From Schizosaccharomyces osmophilus (lineage: Eukaryota), in contig NC_079239.1 in the NCBI RefSeq assembly GCF_027921745.1, positions 2,914,001 through 2,978,000 on the forward strand: 64,000 nt of DNA, read 5' to 3'. How positions within the stretch are numbered: the first letter of the stretch is position 1; each line of letters begins with the position of its first letter. This document shows, one piece after another, positions 25,360-35,120 of this stretch. Below the pieces are notes generated by a model, which had not been told where the DNA came from, did not search any database, and saw only the letters and a list, made by a program, of their open reading frames with translations. Position numbers and translations under genes: made by a program.

Positions 25360-26704
25360 TACTTGAATGGAAGTTGGTTTATTGAGAGATTTGAAAGACT
25401 TCCTTTTTCATGCAGTTGCTGGATTCTTCTTTTAGGATGCTTCACAAAGTCGTTGCATAAAACAATCTACTGAAACATATTTGTAGCTTTGCATAGGCAA
25501 AGCTACAAATCGACTACCATGGCTTTTGTATGGGCCTTGATGCTTGAAAACACTCTAAAAAGATGGAAAACGCAGCATGATTCAGCTGAAATTGATTTGT
25601 AACTTTCGAAAAACACGAAAAATGATCCAGCCAGGTGTTATAAGGACCGCATGGCGCTTTTGCTTCAGTAAGCTCAATCGTTTGTTTTGTTGCGATTCTA
25701 TTATTTTTGAGCGATCAAACTGAAACATTTCGTTTCTTTATTTACACCCAAAAGTAACCCAGGTGAGAGACATGAATTGCAGGTGTTACCTGTAATCGGT
25801 AGCAAAAGAATTAAAGACTTTTTAGTGCATTAACAGTCTGTAATAGAACTTGCCTAAAGGCGAGTATTATGGCCGAACGGTTTCTACAAAAAGGTAATGA
25901 ATCTATGATCATCTTATCCATTACAAAACTTTTTTTTACTAGTTTCTTTGCTGTTTAATTACCTCTCGCTATTACTTTTTCCAACTTAGTAACTTTACAG
26001 GTAACATTCGTCTTGTAATATACTCTTATTATAATTGCTTTTCATCATGTTCTTGAAGAACGGTTTTCATCGGAATCCTTTGTTATATGTAGAATTTTGG
26101 GTGTACAGATTTCAAACAACGCACAATTTCCATTTCATGGTTCTTTTCCGATGAACGGGTATATCGATTCGACCACCTTTTACCATAGTATAAACACTCC
26201 AAGATCAGCTACCCCTTCCTTTCTAATAACGATTTTAATGGTGTTTTATTAGACAAGTGGGATTCCGTGAACATCCACTCTAGTTCATCTTCCTTCTCAA
26301 GCTTGTTGTAATTGAATCATCGATTCCCTTAAGCAATGGAAACTATATTGAATCTTATATTCACCGTTTTATGTATGTCTCCTCCCTCTTTGTTTCTAAA
26401 GGTAAATACAGTTCCAAGTGATGTAGAATTTACATCGTATGCAAACCATCGATACTCTATTAAGCAAGTCGTTCTGAATTAAAAACGGGAGAATAAAAGT
26501 CAATAATCCTTTCTATATTTCTTTAAAAGCTTAATATGAATGTTTTTGACGAGAAAAATTCATCTACGACATGAAAAAGATGGATATTGACAAAATCTAT
26601 ATCTTCACAACTTGTGTTTATTAACGTCGTGGAGCGCGTTTTTTATATGTAGCAAAAACCATATTTTCACCATCAATTCTAATTGAATCGCCATTTTGAA
26701 TTGT
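25360..26704 (+). ncRNA. Candidate long structured ncRNA (telomerase-RNA-like); boundaries approximate
   Basis: No ORF of 60 aa or more over ~1.35 kb; several perfect helices (14, 11 and 10 bp); AAGTAACCC template-like motif at 25752-25760; GTACGT donor at 26705. Confidence 0.35.
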
Positions 26705-26822
26705 GTACGTTTAATGATAGAATTGTTTTAACTATTACAATTAATGATAAGAAAATTCTATATTTAAAGGCTTTTTCAGATCTCAATTTTAAGTGTCACT
26801 GGAGAAATTTGAAGTTCCAAAA

Positions 26823-27311
26823 ATGAGTAAACGGGATGACTACCGTCATGAAAAAAATGAACATTACCATCACCGATCGGTGAATGAAAAGGGTGGTTCA
26901 GCTTATGAAAGTGGTTTCCGGACATATCATCCCAATAGGCCAAGGTCACGACCTAGCTATGAATCACGGTTTTCTTCTTCTAATACTCGAGACTTCGATA
27001 ACCATCATCATCAATTTCATCCAAATTCTAGTTCTGGAAATCGCTTCCATGACTCTGACATACATACTGGAGCGAATAATGACCAACAAACCCCTTTAAT
27101 AAAGCTTCCTGATGCTGGGTTGGCAAGTCAATTAAAATCCACGAAAAAAGCCTGGCAAGATGCCTCTAATAACGTTTCTAATTTTGAACATGAGTTTCTG
27201 CAGCAGAAGTATTTTTGGGAAAAAGTTCGCCCGGACGTTTTTCGCGAACAACTGAGAAGTAATACTGCTGAGAAAAGCTTAGACGATTTTGTCAATAGTG
27301 TGAACATTTAA
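26823..27311 (+). CDS. shf1: Small histone H2B ubiquitination factor Shf1-like protein
   Basis: 162-aa ORF from ATG 26823, His/Arg-rich N-terminus and helical C-terminus. Name is based mainly on position between caf16 and plc1. Confidence 0.7.
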   Translation: MSKRDDYRHEKNEHYHHRSVNEKGGSAYESGFRTYHPNRPRSRPSYESRFSSSNTRDFDNHHHQFHPNSSSGNRFHDSDIHTGANNDQQTPLIKLPDAGLASQLKSTKKAWQDASNNVSNFEHEFLQQKYFWEKVRPDVFREQLRSNTAEKSLDDFVNSVNI

Positions 27312-27501
27312 ATATCTTTCTTTCTTTCTTTGTAGAATTCCATTATCTATGCAGTCTAAAATAAGGTTTCGGTAACTTCTGTTTTTTTATTATCATTATA
27401 CTTTTAAAAAGAATGTTCACCTTCTCTGATCCGTTGTTATTTCCCACCGTGATTTACATTTGTCATTAATAATCCTTCGTTAAAACCATTCAGTTGATAT
27501 C

Positions 27502-30240
27502 TCACCAAAATTCAGCCTTCTCAATTCGGAGAAATAGTGTCGAAAATAGTAAACTTTCACCTTGCATGTCATAAAGTTGAATATGCCGATAACCACTTTG
27601 TAGTCTGTACAATGGACATCCAAATCCTGCAATTACCGTATCGTTGCCAGAGCTTGCTCGATGATGAACTATAAAACGAACGACAGAGTAAACATCATCT
27701 TCTGTAGCGCTTTCGTAATGGAAGCTCTCTTGCCATATTGGTCGAAACCCATTGCGATGTACAACACTCGTATTCCAGCGAAAAGGTATTTCCTCCATAG
27801 AATGTATTTGCACTTCTACAAAAGGACAAAGCGTTTCCGAATTCGACAGCTCTTTTGCACGACGTAGTTGTTGCCCTGATATTATTTCAATCTTCAGCGT
27901 TGTTTTCTTGGGCGAATTGTTGTAATGCTTATTTTGCTTCACTTTTTCTTCCGTGACTCGCTGATACACTGGCTTCAGCAAATAACCACTCGGAGGATCT
28001 GCCTGAAAAAGAGCATCGTTTATTTGAAGGCCAATATCATATGTTTGCCAGTTTAAGGCCACCATCTGCACACCCATACGCCAATAAAATTGTGGATTCA
28101 AATTGGTACTGCCAAGTCGCAGTGGACCTGGGTATACACGACAAAGATATTTCGTATTATGCTTGCTTAATCGTGGAAACATCGTCTTACCATGCCTTTT
28201 GATGGTCCTTTCAGAAAATGAAAATGTATGATTATAAGTTTTCGACTCGGGTAAAGAAAAATTGCGAAACTTCAGTGAACGTACATATGGTGCTATTTGC
28301 TGTAGCTCGGGTATTATTATTTTTCTACTCCTTTTTTTTGGCTCAATCGATAAATTCCGTTCTCCACCTTCTAATTCAGATGATTCTGTGGTATCCGTAG
28401 ACGAATCGACAACGCCACCTCGAATAAAATCTGGCGAGTTACAAGCCAAAACATTTGCCTGACATTTCACTTTAATTAAAATCTTATACAATAGTTGCTC
28501 GGGAGATGGTAGGAATACTTCATGAGGTCCCAATGGTTCTGTTAATAGGTTACTTCCAAATGTTTCTTTCATGTAATCGGCCATCTGCCGTTGCTGTTCC
28601 GGGCAACAATGGATTTCTAAAGAAATAATGACAGGGTAAGCGGAAACGACAAACGCATACTTCTTTATAACGTCTATAACATCATTGAAACGAATCATGG
28701 ATGTAAACGTTCTTCCATGACAAACCACCGGCCCGTCAGAACCATCCCAACAGTCTATTTCAATGCATTTACAACCTCTTTGTAAAGACCGGATGTAACC
28801 CTCGATCGAACTTTCTCCAGCAAATTGCTTCCCAAGCAAATACGTATTATGCGAAGAGGAAATGATATATTCATTCAAAGGGCGATTCATATCTTGATTC
28901 ATTGGGGTTAACGGGGTGTTGGCAGGAGACAATAAATAAGACGTAAAATCAATTAAATTCATTGGAGAGTCATAAGATTTGCAAAACGAACCATATACAA
29001 GCTCAACTTGATCATCATTAATAATAGACTTTTGGGAATCTCGTAAAAACGTAGCAAACTGATCAAAAGTCATTTCCTTTGAATGATTTGTATACTTATT
29101 AAAAAGTTGCTTTACTTCTGGCCTTGTTTTCAGCATACTTACAAAGTGCTGAAACCCTTCAAAACTTAGTTTTCCGGTTCCGAGCGTATCAGCCTTACGA
29201 AATGTCTGCTCCAGATATTCAAAGGAAGCGTTGAGATGCAGCTTTTGACACATACATTGTACGTCTTCAAAAGTGAGTTCCGCTGTCTCATCTTTTTCTA
29301 ATTTTTCCCAAGGGTGGCTAATATTTTCATCTCCTTTGATCGTTTGAATATTGTGATTCGTTACAAAACGAGACCCTGTAATGAACTCATTCAAACGGTA
29401 TGTTTTCAATCCTTCTAAAGCCATTATCCATTGATTAAGACCGTCCATGGTGGGAGAAATGAAATGCAAAGCTTTCATTTTATCTTCGGCTGTGTAAACA
29501 ATGGTGAACCACCTAGTTTCATGCTCATAAGAAACTTTGAATTGCTCTCTGTAGTTTCTGGATTCGCTTCCTTGACGAATTTCTTTAATGTCATCGACAC
29601 ATAGTTTACGGTAAGGTTTCCCAGTGTTTTTATCTAAAATTAAGTATCCTGTAAACGGATCCAATGATACTTTTCGCTGTCGTACCTTCTTCTTTGTGAC
29701 ACGAAAGAGAAAACAACCGTTTTGGATGGACTCTGGGACAATTGTAGCAAGCAGGTACTTAGTATCGAATATATCGGAAGTAGGAAACAAGACATTGGTA
29801 TTACCGCTCTCCGATTTGGAGTTATTCGATGAACTAGAAGACCTCTGAAAAGACCTACGAGGGAATCTTTGTGACCGAAACAAAATATTCAATTTCACGG
29901 ATAACCAATTTAATCCAGTACTTCTATAAGACTCATTGGACGGAACGGTCGTTTTGGAGTGGGCATCAAGATAAGAAGAAAAAGAATTCGATCGGTTTTT
30001 TAAAATGCCGGGAGGAATGCTTTTTTTGTCACACGTAATGTTTTCCAGTCCATCGTTTGAGGCCGAAACGGTAGTATTCAAAGAATGACTCCGGTTCATA
30101 GTCATAGGAGTCATAGGAGAGGGAGGACATTGTTCGTTATGTTGCAATGAACTTGATGTCCTTTCTAAAGGAATAGGGCTTTCCCTAAGAATCTCGATCT
30201 GTCGTTGATCCATTATGTTTGTGTTCGGATTGGACAGCAT
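27502..30240 (-). CDS. plc1: Phosphoinositide-specific phospholipase C
   Basis: PH and EF-hand regions, X-box ([25 protein letters not shown]), Y-box ([12 protein letters not shown]) and C2 domain. Confidence 0.96.
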   Translation of the reverse strand: MLSNPNTNIMDQRQIEILRESPIPLERTSSSLQHNEQCPPSPMTPMTMNRSHSLNTTVSASNDGLENITCDKKSIPPGILKNRSNSFSSYLDAHSKTTVPSNESYRSTGLNWLSVKLNILFRSQRFPRRSFQRSSSSSNNSKSESGNTNVLFPTSDIFDTKYLLATIVPESIQNGCFLFRVTKKKVRQRKVSLDPFTGYLILDKNTGKPYRKLCVDDIKEIRQGSESRNYREQFKVSYEHETRWFTIVYTAEDKMKALHFISPTMDGLNQWIMALEGLKTYRLNEFITGSRFVTNHNIQTIKGDENISHPWEKLEKDETAELTFEDVQCMCQKLHLNASFEYLEQTFRKADTLGTGKLSFEGFQHFVSMLKTRPEVKQLFNKYTNHSKEMTFDQFATFLRDSQKSIINDDQVELVYGSFCKSYDSPMNLIDFTSYLLSPANTPLTPMNQDMNRPLNEYIISSSHNTYLLGKQFAGESSIEGYIRSLQRGCKCIEIDCWDGSDGPVVCHGRTFTSMIRFNDVIDVIKKYAFVVSAYPVIISLEIHCCPEQQRQMADYMKETFGSNLLTEPLGPHEVFLPSPEQLLYKILIKVKCQANVLACNSPDFIRGGVVDSSTDTTESSELEGGERNLSIEPKKRSRKIIIPELQQIAPYVRSLKFRNFSLPESKTYNHTFSFSERTIKRHGKTMFPRLSKHNTKYLCRVYPGPLRLGSTNLNPQFYWRMGVQMVALNWQTYDIGLQINDALFQADPPSGYLLKPVYQRVTEEKVKQNKHYNNSPKKTTLKIEIISGQQLRRAKELSNSETLCPFVEVQIHSMEEIPFRWNTSVVHRNGFRPIWQESFHYESATEDDVYSVVRFIVHHRASSGNDTVIAGFGCPLYRLQSGYRHIQLYDMQGESLLFSTLFLRIEKAEFW

Positions 30241-30992
30241 AGATTATCAACCTCTTAAGCAACCAAATAACCAAAATCTCTGTCCTTCATTTTCTCTAAA
30301 CGCCGTCGTTCCAAATTCATTCACAGTGGACTTGGCCTTTTCCCTTCAAAGACACGAGCGAAGTCTCTCTTTTTGCCAGAGCCGAGGAATGAGAAAAAAT
30401 CTGTAAACAGCCTTTCAGATGAGTCCAAAACAGCTCATTGAAGTTGATACAAGAACTTTGGACTTCACTTATAAACAGCTGGATCTGTTTAGTTACTAAT
30501 CCTTGGAAAAATACTGACATTCCATTTACTGAAGTTGGCTGAAATTCGAAAAAAGGGTCACTCCGCTACAGTAGTAAACAAACATCTGTGAATGGAAAAC
30601 GCATGAATGAACGCGTCAAATTCATCCAATTGAAATTGAAAAATCTTAATTTACTCTACTGAAAAGTCTTAAATATCCAACGAATTTTTTCAACAAAGAG
30701 TCTTTCAATGAAAGAAAAACGGGAGCTTTTCAAGACTTTTCAGCAGAGTAACGCCTTGTTTTTTATTCGTTTAAGCTAGCTTTGGTAAAACTTTCACAAA
30801 ACTTGTAGATTTGACCTTCTCATTGCTTTCTTTGCTTATTCTTACTTTGCTTTTGATAAGTTCGTGTACAGGTCAACACCAACCTGAGACTTATAAGTAA
30901 GGGTAATGCACGAATCGCCTAGGATGAATTTTCCAAGAGTAACTAACACCTGGAAACTTTCAAGCAAGGAAAATAAATATAAAAAGACCCCA

Positions 30993-32747
30993 ATGGCGGA
31001 AACAGCTAGTGTTCAGCCAGCAGTAGAAAAAGAAAATGCGAGATCAAAAGAAACAGCACAAGAAAGGCAAAGAAAAAGCCGCAATCAAGTAAGACGACAA
31101 AAAAAGAAACTGCAGCGTGAACAGCAACAGCAATCATCGACTCAGAACAAGGATGGAAGTGGCAATGATTTACAGCGAATTGATGAAAATAGAAGGAATG
31201 AAACTGTGGATGTAGCAGAAAAAGAGGATGAAATTCCAGGGAAGAATGCGGTTTCAAATGAGGCAGATCCTCTACTTGTAGTGGATTATCTTAACATGGA
31301 CAACTCTGATCCGTTATTTGATCAATATAAAGATATCATCAATCGTTTCGTTGCTTCAGACCCTGAAGCAGATTCGGCAGCCGCAGACAAGGGCCAAGTA
31401 ATGTACTCTGATGATGAGATCCTTAGTGAAGGAGAAGAAGACGCGTTGCAAAAACGCGAGGAAGAAAAACTAAGCCGTAAGAAGCTTCGAAAGATGAAGC
31501 GGATGACGGTCGCACACCTAAAGATGATCTCAGAGAAACCAGATGTGGTAGATTGGTGGGATGTTTCTTCTCCAGATCCTTTGCTTCTTACTCATCTTAA
31601 AGCTTACCAGAACACTGTACCGGTTCCTCGTCACTGGAACCAAAAACGAGATTACCTCAGTGGTCAACGAGGCATTGAGCGGCAACTATTTGAGTTACCT
31701 TCGTATATTCGTGCTACCGGTATCATCCAAATGCGAAATGCAGTTCATGAAAATGAAGCCGATATGCCATTGCGTCAAAAAATGAGGGAGCGCGTTCAAC
31801 CAAAAATGGGAAAACTTGACATTGATTACCAAAAACTCCATGATGCTTTCTTTCGTTACCAAACTAAACCAGTTTTAACCGGATTTGGCGAGTGTTATTA
31901 CGAAGGAAAAGAATTAGAAGCAAATGTGAAAGAGAAGAGACCTGGTGATATATCCGATGAATTACGAGAAGCATTAGGAATTTCAGCAAACGCTCCTCCT
32001 CCTTGGATTTTTGCCATGCAAAAGTTTGGTCCACCACCAAGTTATCCTGACTTGAAAATTCCCGGTGTTAATTATCCTATCCCTGTCGGAGCACAATGGG
32101 GTTATCATGCTGGTGGATGGGGTAAACCTCCCGTTGATCAGTACAATCGTCCATTATATGGGGACGTTTTCGGTAGTAACAAGCCACGCGCTTCCACAAA
32201 TACCGGTCCACCGGAAGAGGTTCAACATTGGGGTGAATTAGAGGAATTCAATGAGGAAGAATCTAGTGAAGAAGAAGAAGAAGAGGAGGAGGAGGAGGAG
32301 GAAGAAGAAGAAGAAAGAGGACCTGGTGAGGAACCTGTAAATGTGAATGAAGCAGAGTACAATACACATTCTTTAGGTGGGCATCCGGAAGATGAGCGTG
32401 TCGAGTCTATTTCTTATTTTGATCAAAGGCCCATTGAAGCTGAAAAGTTTGAATTACGAAAACAATTCAATAAAAGGGAAGATGATTCTTCTAGACCACT
32501 TTACCAAGTCCTTCCAGAACAGCATACGAACGTTGAAGGATTTATGGGGCCCGACCATCATTACCAAATTCCTGCTAATGAAACGGTGCCTTCGTCCAAA
32601 CGATCAGCCGAAGAGGCAGCAGTATCTGACAATGGACAAAACGTTCAGTGGCAAAATGACCTCTCTGATATGGTTTCGGAACAGGCGTCTATTGTCGCTG
32701 CCAAGCGTCAAAAGACTCAACCAAAAAAGGAAAAGTTTCGCTTGTAA
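30993..32747 (+). CDS. sap145: U2 snRNP SF3b subunit Sap145 (SF3B2/Cus1)
   Basis: Motifs NTVPVPRHW, ERVQPKMGKLDIDYQKLHDAFF, PSP domain PPPW...GPPPSYPDLKIPG, poly-E tract, C-terminal EKFRL. Start placed at MAET. Confidence 0.94.
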   Translation: MAETASVQPAVEKENARSKETAQERQRKSRNQVRRQKKKLQREQQQQSSTQNKDGSGNDLQRIDENRRNETVDVAEKEDEIPGKNAVSNEADPLLVVDYLNMDNSDPLFDQYKDIINRFVASDPEADSAAADKGQVMYSDDEILSEGEEDALQKREEEKLSRKKLRKMKRMTVAHLKMISEKPDVVDWWDVSSPDPLLLTHLKAYQNTVPVPRHWNQKRDYLSGQRGIERQLFELPSYIRATGIIQMRNAVHENEADMPLRQKMRERVQPKMGKLDIDYQKLHDAFFRYQTKPVLTGFGECYYEGKELEANVKEKRPGDISDELREALGISANAPPPWIFAMQKFGPPPSYPDLKIPGVNYPIPVGAQWGYHAGGWGKPPVDQYNRPLYGDVFGSNKPRASTNTGPPEEVQHWGELEEFNEEESSEEEEEEEEEEEEEEEERGPGEEPVNVNEAEYNTHSLGGHPEDERVESISYFDQRPIEAEKFELRKQFNKREDDSSRPLYQVLPEQHTNVEGFMGPDHHYQIPANETVPSSKRSAEEAAVSDNGQNVQWQNDLSDMVSEQASIVAAKRQKTQPKKEKFRL

Positions 32748-32945
32748 TTTATTTAGATGGATGTTTAATGTATGTAATGTTAATTTAGGTTACTTTTATT
32801 TGTTCTGGGTGTTTTTTTACCGTCTTTTTTGTCTTTACGTTTCGTGTTCACTAAGTTTTACCAAACAGTATTAAACCAACATATAATTAAACTAGCTATG
32901 CTACCAACCCAAAAAAATGTATCCCGAAATCCAAAGTTAAGAAAA

Positions 32946-34254
32946 TTAAATACCAGTCTTTTGCAGATGGAAGTCTTTGTGGCTATACTTTTCTTTCAAT
33001 TTAGTACCATATCGTGAACGCTTATTCTTAGGTAATGATGGTGGAATAATGGCTCTACGCTGAAGACTGAGGAACCTGTCTTTAAACAAATTACCCTCGG
33101 GTTTCAGTTCTCTCAAAGAACTGGTCAATTCATCACCTAACTTCAATTCCAAAGGATTCTCAGGTAATTTGTGTTTGCCAAATTTTCTCTTCTTTAGTAG
33201 AATCTCAGAAACGTCCATATCATTTGAGGTCACAAGCGACTTATCCTCGTTTTCTTCTTTATTCAAAGACTTTGAAATATTAGGAGCTCTATCAATCATT
33301 TTAAGCAGTTGCTCTTGCTTCTTTTCAGCTTCTAACTTTGCAACCTCATCCTTCTTTTTACGTTCCTTGTTTCGTTGAGACTTAGTCTTGCGCTTAGGCT
33401 CCGTTTTGTAGTGCTGGGTATCCATCTGGTTTTCAGCGTCCACTGCATTTTCTTCATTCTCGGAAACTTCGTTCTCATCTGAAAGTAAACCCTTATCATC
33501 GCTCATTTTTGAGCTAATCATATTTTGAAGTTCAATTTCGCGAAGGCGTTCTTTCTCTTTTTTGATCTCACTTGAACCCTTTCGATCAATCAGACCCATC
33601 CATGCACTAGCATCAGGGTTATACGACATTCCTGGATCGGCGACTTCAACATTGGGAACATGTTCAACATTTTCAGCAAGATTTTCGGGTGCCTTATAAA
33701 GTGTAGAAGGACGTTTTACGGGGATTGTAGATTCCGCTGTGCTTTCCCAAACATCGTATTCGGGTTCTTTTTCTTGGGTTTTCAGACTAGCTGCTGCCGC
33801 TGAGGCAGTAGGTCCCAAAGGATTTCTGTGCACCAAAGACTTAAGACGGTTCAACTCGTTCTTTGACATTATCTTGCCCTTTTTGTCCGTGCTTAAGCCA
33901 AACCCAGTAGTTTTAGGCTTTGATGGTAGTCCTTGAATGGAAGACTTATTTTGTAGAATTTCGTCTACCTTCAAGGGCTTGATCTTTTTTCTGCTTCTCT
34001 TGGCCACACGGTCATCACCGAAAGTATCAACTACGAATAGAGAGTCATTGGACTTTTTAGACAAATTGTCACTTAATTATGTTAGTCATTTTTCATAAAT
34101 CATTAATAAAAGCTTACCCTCGAACTTCCTCTTCTCTGGCAACCTGAAGGCCACCCTCGACATCTTCCAAGTCAATATGCTTTCTCCATGAATTTTTATT
34201 CTTTCTTGATCTCTGTTTATATTGAGATGGTGCAGCGTTTCCCTGAATCCCCAT
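32946..34254 (-). CDS. rrp16: Ribosome biogenesis factor Nop53/Rrp16, 2 exons
   Basis: Exon 1 MGIQGNAAPSQYKQRSRKNKNSWRKHID; intron 34117-34072; Mtr4-binding motif LFVVD; SLRELKPEGNLFKDRF. Confidence 0.9.
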
Positions 34255-34630
34255 TTTTACTTGTTTTACTCGGGAATTCCACCTGTACGAAAAGTCAGTG
34301 TTGGAGATAGTAGTTTGCTAAGGTCAAGTTATCGTAGTACAGTTCACTCTAGGGACGCATGAATCCTTCAAAAAAAAAATATATATATATTTAATAAAGT
34401 ATTATCCTTTATAAGTAAATGTTTGAAGAAAGTAAGCTACCTAGTGTTCTGCTTACTCGTTCACTTCATGCATAGTATGGTTTTCATAATAACCGGCCAC
34501 CAGCATTAATCAGGCTTTGGTTAATGGAATTTACTATGCTTCCTCTGATACATTACTTGGGTTCTTAGTTTGAAATAAACAGTTTGTGCATTTGATTTTC
34601 GGCTGACGCACTATTCATATATCCAGCCTC

Positions 34631-34631
34631 A

Positions 34632-34657
<26 letters not shown>
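34631..34657. repeat. Poly(A/T) homopolymer, 27 nt
   Basis: Run of 27 A between rrp16 and sec24. Confidence 0.9.
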
Positions 34658-34662
<5 letters not shown>

Positions 34663-35120
34663 GAAAAATCATAAGAGAAAAGTAAAATACAATCAAAGAA
34701 AGTAAAAGAATAAAATAGATTACAATAATCTCTACTATTATAGCTTGAGGAATCAATTTAACAAACATTCATTAAAAGATAGACCGTTGCTTTCACATCG
34801 TACTGTCGAAACCGATGCAAAAAAATGATTTGTTAAGAAATTCAACAGACAAAATTAAAAAGTATATCAAAAGAGTTGATCACATTAAATTTTACCTTTT
34901 CCCTGTCAGATATTCGCTTCGGAAAACCCCATAGTAATCTCTCATAAACAGAACCAGGGCTGACCGTACGTAGGTTCTATGTTGTAAAGCGCAATTACAC
35001 TAATAAAAATAATCAATAAGGAATTTAAGGGCGTATTAAGTAAAAGTTCTTCATATCAAAAAAGTTCGGGACCAGAAGACTAGGTACGTAAATCAGATCA
35101 AATTACCAAAGCTCAATCTT

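Noticed and set aside
25360..26704. RNase MRP/P, snR30/U17 or Mmi1-DSR lncRNA identity for the caf16-shf1 region
   Set aside because: No P4 consensus, no complete m1/m2 motif pair, and only scattered TNAAAC hexamers.
32268..32316. GAA/GAG trinucleotide run
   Set aside because: Encodes the poly-Glu tract of Sap145; not an independent element.
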